A stretch of 64,000 bases of DNA from an uncultured Actinomycetes bacterium (GTDB lineage Bacteria; Actinomycetota; UBA4738; JBBDTT01), in the NCBI GenBank assembly GCA_963742735.1, contig CAVUMN010000004.1:640001-704000 (forward strand). Reading direction: 5' to 3'. How positions within the stretch are numbered: position 1 is the stretch's first letter; every line of letters begins with the position of its first letter. Position numbers and translations under genes: made by a program. The notes beneath the pieces are model-generated. The model searched no databases and had not been told where the DNA came from. It saw nothing but the letters and a program-made list of their open reading frames with translations. This document shows, in pieces, positions 57,502-64,000 of this stretch.

Positions 57502-57776
57502 CCCCCCTCCGAGTCCGCCTTCTTCCCTCGATGCCACCAGCGCGTCGCGACGACCCTCGTCTGCTTCGCCTTCTCCTTCGCGCGCTCGAGGGCCACCTGC
57601 GCCCATGTGTACTGCGTGGCGAGGACGGCCAGCCCCGCGATGATCACCAGCAGCCCCGGCCCGGGCAGGACCAGCATGGCCACCCCGGCCAGGATCAGGA
57701 CCAGGCCGACGATGGTGACGGCCACGGCCTTGGAGTTCCGGCCGATCCAGCGCAGGACGTCCATGGGCTTCACCAT
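57498..57776 (-). CDS. PGPGW-domain small membrane protein
   Basis: G..MLVLPGPGLL.I.AGL.VLA..Y.WA. Confidence 0.88.
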   Translation of the reverse strand: MVKPMDVLRWIGRNSKAVAVTIVGLVLILAGVAMLVLPGPGLLVIIAGLAVLATQYTWAQVALERAKEKAKQTRVVATRWWHRGKKADSEGG

Positions 57777-57783
57777 CGCGAGT

Positions 57784-59505
57784 TCATTCTCTCCCGCGCC
57801 CCCTGGCCGCGAGCGTCCGTACCCGGGCCGGGGTCAGGCGGCGCGCGCCCGCCGCGTCCAGCCACGCGAACACCTCCGGCCGCATCGCGAGGGCGGTGAC
57901 CGCGACCACGTCCCCCCGCGCCGACGCCTCGAGCATCGAGCCCAGCGCGACCACCTCGTCGGGGTGGATGTCGATCTCCTGCGCGCCCCCGTCCACCGCT
58001 CCGGCGCGCATCCGGTCGATCAGCTCCTGCCGGTCGCGGCCTCGCAAGTACCGCAGGAGCTCGGCGATGCCGACCCGGTCGGCCCTCCGCGCGGCGATGT
58101 AGCCCAAGCCGTGCAGGATCGCGTCGCTGCGGTCGCCCGCCGCGGCGATGGTGATCCACACCCGCCCCCCGGGCTTATGGAGCCCGGTGCAAACCTCCAG
58201 CAGTCCCTCCAGTCCGGCCTCGTTGTGCGCGTAGTCCACGACGACGACGCGGCCGTCGAGCTCCCACAGGTTCATCCGCCCCGGGTTGCGCTCCGGATCC
58301 AGGACGAACGTCCGCAGCCCGTCCAGCACCGCCGTCTGGGGGAGGCCGGCGCCCAGCGCCGCCGCCGCGGCCGCCATCGCGTTCGCGAGGTTGATCGAGG
58401 ACAGGCCGGCGATCGTCATCGGCACGTCCAGGGTCGGCATCAGGTGACGGACCCGGCTGCCGGTGAGGAGGGCCAGGTCCCCGTCGACCACCGAAAGGGC
58501 CCGGCCGCCCTCGTCGAGGGTGGCGCGGATCCACGGGTTGTCCGGGCTGAGCGCGAACGCGAACGCCCCGGCCGGGGACAGCCGCCCCATCGCGATCACC
58601 CGCGGGTCGTCGGCGTTGAGCACCGCCCAGCCGTCGCGCTTGGTGATGCGCGTGATCGTGGCCTTCACCTCGGCGAGCTGGTCGAGCGTCTCGATCCCGT
58701 GGAGCCCGAGATGGTCGGCCGACACGTTGGTGACGACCGAGACGTCGTTGTAGGCGGTGCCGATGCCCCGGAGGAGGATCCCGCCCCGGGCGGTCTCCAG
58801 GATCGCGAGCTGCACGCCCGGCTGCGCGAGGGCCATCCCCGCACCGCCGAACCCCGAGTAGTCGCCCTCCTCCACGCGTTCGTCGTCCAGATAGACGCCG
58901 TCGGTGCACGAGTACGCGGTGACCAGTCCGGCGGTCCGCCCGATGTGGGAGAGGAGGCGGACGACCGTGGTCTTCCCGTTCGTTCCGGTGACCTGGATCA
59001 CCGGGATCTTCGGGCGAGGGAGCGAGGGCCGCGCGCCGGGGTCGACACGGACCAGGCGCCGGGCGGCGTCCTCGACCGCGCGGTCGATGGGACCCCGGGC
59101 CGAGACGGCCCGCTCGAGCAGGCCCTCCAGGAGCGGGGCGAGGGCGGTGGCCGTCCCGCGGTTGCGCCACGGGTAGGCGAGCACGACCTCGTCGGCCGCG
59201 GCCCCGGCTCGCCACCGGACCCCCACGCGCACCTTGCGCGCGAGGGCGACGCGCCGCGCGAGGTGGGCGGCCAGCCGGGCCACGAACCGCCGGCGGTGAT
59301 CGGTCCCGGGCGGCCCGGGCGCGATCGAGGCGGGGAGGGCGGCGTTGCGGGCGGCCCTGGCGGCTCGTTCCTCGGTGAGGTCGAGCCAGCCGGCGACCGA
59401 CATCGTCAGCTTCACGGCGGGACGGGTGAAGTAGAGGTTCGGTCCGTCGAGGACACGAACCTCGGTCACCCGTGCGAGCGGCGAACGCGCCGGACCCCGA
59501 GACAC
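57784..59505 (-). CDS. CphA-related Mur-ligase protein lacking the ATP-grasp domain, about 573 aa
   Basis: EVRVLDGPNLY N-terminus, then VTGTNGKTT, LETARGG, TNVSADHLG, VLNADDP, PGRMN, DYAHN and GDR. GTG 59469 is an alternative start. Confidence 0.85.
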   Translation of the reverse strand: MSRGPARSPLARVTEVRVLDGPNLYFTRPAVKLTMSVAGWLDLTEERAARAARNAALPASIAPGPPGTDHRRRFVARLAAHLARRVALARKVRVGVRWRAGAAADEVVLAYPWRNRGTATALAPLLEGLLERAVSARGPIDRAVEDAARRLVRVDPGARPSLPRPKIPVIQVTGTNGKTTVVRLLSHIGRTAGLVTAYSCTDGVYLDDERVEEGDYSGFGGAGMALAQPGVQLAILETARGGILLRGIGTAYNDVSVVTNVSADHLGLHGIETLDQLAEVKATITRITKRDGWAVLNADDPRVIAMGRLSPAGAFAFALSPDNPWIRATLDEGGRALSVVDGDLALLTGSRVRHLMPTLDVPMTIAGLSSINLANAMAAAAAALGAGLPQTAVLDGLRTFVLDPERNPGRMNLWELDGRVVVVDYAHNEAGLEGLLEVCTGLHKPGGRVWITIAAAGDRSDAILHGLGYIAARRADRVGIAELLRYLRGRDRQELIDRMRAGAVDGGAQEIDIHPDEVVALGSMLEASARGDVVAVTALAMRPEVFAWLDAAGARRLTPARVRTLAARGRGRE

Positions 59506-59529
59506 GCGCGGATCGTAGACTCCGCGCCC

Positions 59530-60696
59530 GTGGATGCCACCGCCATGCTCCAGGCCGCGCAGCGCGGCTACGACCGCTTCCTCGACGACCTTCGTTCCCT
59601 GGTCGGTCTCGATTGCGGGTCGTTCACTCCCGAGGGCGTGAACCGAGTGGCCCAGTTCTGCGAGGACCGCCTGGGCGGGCTGGAGTTCGAAACGCGCCGC
59701 GTCCCGCACGTCCAGGCTCCCGGCGAGGCCGAGCTCGGGGACTGCGTCGTCGCCACCCGCGCCGGTGCCGGAGGCCCCCGCTACGTCCTGATCGGGCACA
59801 TGGACACGGTCTTCCCCGAGGGGACCGCCGCCGCCCGCCCGTTCAGAATCGAGGCAGACCGGGCGTTCGGGCCCGGGGTGTGCGACATGAAGGCGGGACT
59901 GCTCGCCGGCTTCCACGCGCTGGAGATCCTGTTCGAGTCCGGGTGGGACCGGTTCGGCGAGGTGGCGTTCGTGTGCAACCCCGACGAGGAGATCGGCTCG
60001 ACGTTCTCCGGGCCGGTCATCCGGCAGGTCGCCGAGGGGCGCGACGTCTCCTTCGTCCTGGAGTGCGCCCGAGAGACCGGCGCGATCGTCTCCGCGCGCA
60101 AGGGGACCACCGGGGGGCCCATCGAGGTGGTCGGTCGCAGCGCCCACGCCGGTGTGGAACCCGAGCGGGGCCGCAGCGCCATCCTCGCGGCGGCGCATCT
60201 CATCCGCTCCCTCCACGATCTGAACGGCCGGTGGCCGGGGGTGACCCTGAACGTGGGCGTCATCGAGGGGGGGACGCGCCCCAACGTCGTCCCGGACCGA
60301 TGCCGGATGGAGATCGACATCCGCGCGCCCGAGGCGGCGTCGTTCGACGCGGCCAAGTCCGAGGTCGAGGCGATCGTGGCCGGGGTGCCGCTCGAGTGCA
60401 CCGCGGCGATCCGCTGGTACGGCGAACACCGGCCCATGGAGCGGACGGAGGCGACCGCCCGGCTGGTGAAGGAGGCGCAGGCCGCCGCGCTCGAGCTCGG
60501 GATCGGGGACCTGCCGGAGGCGGCGACCGGTGGGGCCTCGGACGCGAACACGACGGCGGGGATGGGGATCCCCACCCTCGACGGGCTTGGGCCGGTCGGC
60601 GGTGCCCCCCACTCCGACGACGAGTGGCTGGACCTCTCGAGCGTCGTCCCCAGGGTCGCGCTGCTCGCGCGTCTGATCGAGCGCGTGGGCGGGTAG
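59530..60696 (+). CDS. M20 family metallopeptidase (glutamate carboxypeptidase-like)
   Basis: GHMDTVF, GPGV.DMKAG, DEEIGS, RKG, GRSAHAG, GGASDAN, LDGLG and HS.DE. Confidence 0.92.
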   Translation: MDATAMLQAAQRGYDRFLDDLRSLVGLDCGSFTPEGVNRVAQFCEDRLGGLEFETRRVPHVQAPGEAELGDCVVATRAGAGGPRYVLIGHMDTVFPEGTAAARPFRIEADRAFGPGVCDMKAGLLAGFHALEILFESGWDRFGEVAFVCNPDEEIGSTFSGPVIRQVAEGRDVSFVLECARETGAIVSARKGTTGGPIEVVGRSAHAGVEPERGRSAILAAAHLIRSLHDLNGRWPGVTLNVGVIEGGTRPNVVPDRCRMEIDIRAPEAASFDAAKSEVEAIVAGVPLECTAAIRWYGEHRPMERTEATARLVKEAQAAALELGIGDLPEAATGGASDANTTAGMGIPTLDGLGPVGGAPHSDDEWLDLSSVVPRVALLARLIERVGG

Positions 60697-60705
60697 GCGA
60701 TCGCC

Positions 60706-61566
60706 GTGACCACCGTGGAGGAGCTCCTGGAGGAGGGCGCCCGCCGGATCGCCGCCTCACCGCACATCGATCACTGGCAGGAAGACGCCGACGTCTACGA
60801 CGCGGAGTCGTTCCTGCAGGAGGTGATCGGCGACCTCGATCCGGCCGCCGAGGTCCGCACGCGCGACGAACGACGGTTCCTGGAGATGATCGATCGCCGC
60901 GCGGCCGGGGAGCCGTCGTCGCGGATCCTCGGGTTCGTCGATTTCCTCGACATCCGGATCCCCGTCCACGAGGGCGCGTTCTACCCGCGGATCTCCAGCG
61001 AGACGATGGCCACCGAGGCCGGCAGGCGGCTCCGGAGGCGGAAGCAGCCGGTGCTGGTCGACCTCGCGACGGGCGTGGGCACCGTGGCCCTGGCCGTGGG
61101 CAGCGGCGTCAAGGGCGCGCGGGTCTACGGGGTGGACGTCCTCCCCGAGGCCGTCCGGGGAGCCACGTCGAACGCCAGGGGCCTGGGGTTGAAGCGGGCC
61201 ACGTTCCTGGAGGGCGACCTGTTCGAGCCCCTCCCGGACGACCTCCGGGGAACGGTCGACGCGATCACGATCCATCCGCCCTACGTGGGGGTGGACGAGG
61301 TGCGCGACCAGCCGAAGGAGATCGTCGACTACGAGCCGGTGGTCACGCTCACCGACGGCTCACCGGACGGGCTCGGCATGGTCCGCCGGGTCGCCGCCGA
61401 GTCCGTGGACTGGCTGCGCGCCTCCGGATGGCTCCTTATCGAGGTTGGCTCGGACATGGGCAGGAAGGTGGCCGCGATCCTCCGCAAGGCCGGCTACCGC
61501 GACATCACCACTGTCCCCGACGAGTACGGCGTCACCCGCACCGTCTGCGCCCGCCGCCCCCGCTGA
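60706..61566 (+). CDS. PrmC/HemK-like SAM-dependent methyltransferase
   Basis: RR..GEP...I.G...F, F.PR..SE, VDLATG.G.VA, GDLFEPL, HPPYV, EP..L..G.DGL and L.IEVG. Confidence 0.85.
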   Translation: MTTVEELLEEGARRIAASPHIDHWQEDADVYDAESFLQEVIGDLDPAAEVRTRDERRFLEMIDRRAAGEPSSRILGFVDFLDIRIPVHEGAFYPRISSETMATEAGRRLRRRKQPVLVDLATGVGTVALAVGSGVKGARVYGVDVLPEAVRGATSNARGLGLKRATFLEGDLFEPLPDDLRGTVDAITIHPPYVGVDEVRDQPKEIVDYEPVVTLTDGSPDGLGMVRRVAAESVDWLRASGWLLIEVGSDMGRKVAAILRKAGYRDITTVPDEYGVTRTVCARRPR

Positions 61567-61573
61567 CCGCGGC

Positions 61574-62854
61574 TCAGGCGGTCGCCAGCTCGTCGTCGCC
61601 GGCGTGGTAGCGGGCCAGCGCCGGGGCGAGGAAGACCATGAGGCCGACGCCCGCGATGCAGGCCAGGCCGCCCGAGACGACCGAGAACACGGGCGAGACG
61701 AGCTGGGCCACCGCGCCGGCCTCGAAGTCCCCCAGCCGTGGACCACCGGTGACCACGAGCGTGTTGATGGCGGTCAGCCGGCCCCGGAGACGGTCGGGGA
61801 CGGACAGGACCAGGATGGTGCTCCGGAAGACCGCGCTGATCACGTCCGCCGCACCCGCCACGGCCAGCCAGACGAGCGCCAGCCAGAACCACCCCGGGGC
61901 CCAGGCTGCCACGGCCCCGAACGCGGCGATCGCCAGCCCCCAGAGCGCCACGGCCCACATCACGGCGCGCCCCTGGTGGCGGACGCGCTTGACCCAGCCG
62001 GACGCCGCCGCCCCGAGCACCGCCCCAGCGGCCGGCGCGGCGAACAGCAGCCCGGCGCCCGAGGGCCCCACGTGGAAGACCTCCGCCGCGAGCACCGGGA
62101 ACAGGGCGCGGGGCATCCCGAAGATCATGGCGATGAGGTCGATCCAGAACGTCGCCTGGATCGCCCGCCGTCCCTTCAGGTACGCGAAGCCCTCGCGGAT
62201 CGCGGCCAGCCCGGTCGCGTGCTCCTCGCCCGCCTTCAGCTCCGGAGGCAGGGGCGGCAGGAGGAGGGTGGCCACGATCGCGGCGGTGAACGAGATGACG
62301 TCGATGCCGTACGCCCAGCCCAGGCCGAGGCGGGCGATCAGCAGGCCGCCGATGGCGGGGCCGACCAGGCTCGTTCCGTTGTACATGATCTGCCCCAGCG
62401 TCAGCGCGGAGGGGATGAGCTCCTCGCCGACCAGCCGGGGGGTGGTGGCCACCCGAGCGGGCAGCTCGATGCCGACCAGGCCCGCGATGAGCGCGGCGAC
62501 GACATACACAACGGCCACCGACGGGTTCGGGAGGAGCGCGTTGAGCAGGAGTACCGCGCTGAGCGCGGCGAAGCAGATCTCGCAGACCAGGATGATCTTC
62601 TTCCGGTCGAGGCGGTCGACGATCGCCCCGGCTCCGACCGACGCCACGACCAGCGCGACCAGCTGGAACAGGCCCACGAGCCCCACCGCCGCGGCCGATC
62701 CGGTCAGATCGTAGATCTGCACGAAGAGCGCGACGACGGTGATCTGGGAGCCCGTGTGGGAGACGAGCTGGCCGAACCACACCCGGCGGTAGGCCTTCGA
62801 AACCCTCAGGGGACTGAGGTCGATGGCCAGTCCGCGGAGGCGCGAGGAGGACAT
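61574..62854 (-). CDS. MFS transporter (EntS-like)
   Basis: DLSPLR, G..VDR.DRKK, IDL.AM.FGMPRALFP, PD.LRGR and GGPRLGD. Confidence 0.92.
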   Translation of the reverse strand: MSSSRLRGLAIDLSPLRVSKAYRRVWFGQLVSHTGSQITVVALFVQIYDLTGSAAAVGLVGLFQLVALVVASVGAGAIVDRLDRKKIILVCEICFAALSAVLLLNALLPNPSVAVVYVVAALIAGLVGIELPARVATTPRLVGEELIPSALTLGQIMYNGTSLVGPAIGGLLIARLGLGWAYGIDVISFTAAIVATLLLPPLPPELKAGEEHATGLAAIREGFAYLKGRRAIQATFWIDLIAMIFGMPRALFPVLAAEVFHVGPSGAGLLFAAPAAGAVLGAAASGWVKRVRHQGRAVMWAVALWGLAIAAFGAVAAWAPGWFWLALVWLAVAGAADVISAVFRSTILVLSVPDRLRGRLTAINTLVVTGGPRLGDFEAGAVAQLVSPVFSVVSGGLACIAGVGLMVFLAPALARYHAGDDELATA

Positions 62855-62895
62855 CAGCCGAGGGTAGCAGCGGCTCCCGAAGCGGCCGATCGGGC

Positions 62896-62921
62896 GGAAC
62901 GTTCCGCGCGGCCGGCGCGTC
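62896..62921 (+). promoter_or_regulatory. Putative ECF-sigma promoter GGAAC-N17-CGTC overlapping a 14-bp palindrome
   Basis: GGAAC 62896-62900, CGTC 62918-62921, palindrome GCGGAACGTTCCGC 62894-62907; SD GGAGG at 62941. Confidence 0.45.
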
Positions 62922-62951
62922 TTCATCTACGCCTTGACACGGAGGATTAGA

Positions 62952-64000
62952 GTGCCCGAGATGCGTGCCCCTTCCCCTTCGTCGTTCCTCGTCTCGGCGG
63001 CGCTCCTGTTGGCCCTGATCGCCGGCGTCTCCCATCCGGCGGCGGCGGCCGACCCCCTCGTCGTGGAGATCGTCCAGCCCGAGGACGGCACGACCGTCTC
63101 GGGGAGCGTGGCGGTGAGCGCCACCACCGGCGGGCCCGCGGCCACGAGCGTCGCCTTCGACTGGTCCGACGACGACGGCGCGACGTGGACGCCGATCTCG
63201 ACCGACTCGAACGGCGTGAACGGCTGGTCCGCGACGTGGAACCCCGGGAGCTACGTGGGCGGCGCGCGCCTGCGGGCGACGGCCACGGATGGGGCCTCCA
63301 CCGCGGAGGACACGGTGAACGTGACCGTCGAGGAGGTCCCCCTGGACCTCAGCCTGACGGCGCTCCCGAACCCGTTCAGCCCCAACAACAACGGCATGAA
63401 GGACACCACGACGTTCACCGCGGTGGCGAGCGATCCGGCCACGATCTCGTTCAAGCTGCTCGACGATGGCGGCGCCGAGATGCGGACCTTCCCGGGCCTC
63501 CTCGCCGCCTCGGGGACGCGGACGTTGGTGTTCGGCGGCAACGCGGAGGGGGGCGGGATCCTTCCGGCCGGCTCGTACACGGTCGAGGCCGCGGCCGTTA
63601 CCGCCGCCGGCGGGTCGGCCACCGCGACCGCCCCGCTTCGCATCGACGTCGGGTTCCCCGACGCCTCCTGGGAGTCGATCTCTCCCGAGCCGATCTCGAC
63701 GCAGTCCTCGATGTCGTTCACCTACTTCGGCTGGGATCGGGCGGAGCAGCTGAACATCGAGCTGCACCTGTACGACCGCGTCGGCGAGGTCGGCCAGCCC
63801 CTGCTGGGGCTCGTGCGGGAGCGGGGGACGCGCACGCTGAGCTGGTCGCCCCGGTACCGGGGGGGAGAGCTGCTGTTCCCCGGCCGGTACCGCGCCCGCG
63901 TCCGGGTGGAGGACGACGCCGGGAACGTCACCTGGACTGGGTACAGGGCGTGGCGCGTGCACCGGGCCGTCAGCGCGAAGGTGTTCAAGCGCCTCAACGG
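62952..64000 (+). CDS. Secreted multi-Ig-domain protein with FlgD-Ig-like module (3' truncated; absent from ORF track)
   Basis: SD GGAGG plus GTG; signal peptide ending PAAA/A; IVQPEDGTTVSGSV Ig-like start; PNPFSPNNNGMKD motif; frame open to the window end. Confidence 0.85.
   Translation, partial: MPEMRAPSPSSFLVSAALLLALIAGVSHPAAAADPLVVEIVQPEDGTTVSGSVAVSATTGGPAATSVAFDWSDDDGATWTPISTDSNGVNGWSATWNPGSYVGGARLRATATDGASTAEDTVNVTVEEVPLDLSLTALPNPFSPNNNGMKDTTTFTAVASDPATISFKLLDDGGAEMRTFPGLLAASGTRTLVFGGNAEGGGILPAGSYTVEAAAVTAAGGSATATAPLRIDVGFPDASWESISPEPISTQSSMSFTYFGWDRAEQLNIELHLYDRVGEVGQPLLGLVRERGTRTLSWSPRYRGGELLFPGRYRARVRVEDDAGNVTWTGYRAWRVHRAVSAKVFKRLN

Noticed and set aside
54481-57606. 1041-aa antisense ORF to cphA
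   Set aside because: Antisense shadow of a conserved gene.
57607-60612. Apparent 1029-aa and 942-aa fusions involving the M20 and Mur-ligase genes
   Set aside because: Each extension is antisense read-through of the divergent neighbour; real starts are about 59530 and 59505.
1-64000. CRISPR arrays, tRNA/rRNA, riboswitches, IS elements, prophage
   Set aside because: None recognised; intergenic gaps are nearly all under 100 bp. A covariance-model search would be needed to exclude small RNAs.

Overview
Gene-dense, very GC-rich bacterial chromosomal DNA. Gene content (LLM/F420-type oxidoreductases, ResB/CcsB, PGPGW protein, frequent apparently leaderless starts) suggests an actinobacterium; this is inference only. 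About 53 CDS were found and no rRNA, tRNA, CRISPR array, transposase or phage gene was recognised. Main blocks in order: zwf (5' truncated); secreted proteins sharing an upstream motif; a LarA-family gene; a frameshifted ECF sigma factor with a large anti-sigma-like partner; tryptophanase; mutY; four tandem, translationally coupled class III cyclase-STAND ATPase genes, one of them short and catalytically degenerate; redox and lipid genes including an APH-HAD-ACAD trio; a caa3-type oxidase and biogenesis cluster containing a double cupredoxin; and cphB-cphA beside a CphA-like ligase that lacks the ATP-grasp domain. The best candidates for an undescribed system are the cyclase-STAND array with its pseudo-enzyme member and the extended cyanophycin locus. 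All calls come from reading motifs by eye; no database search was run.
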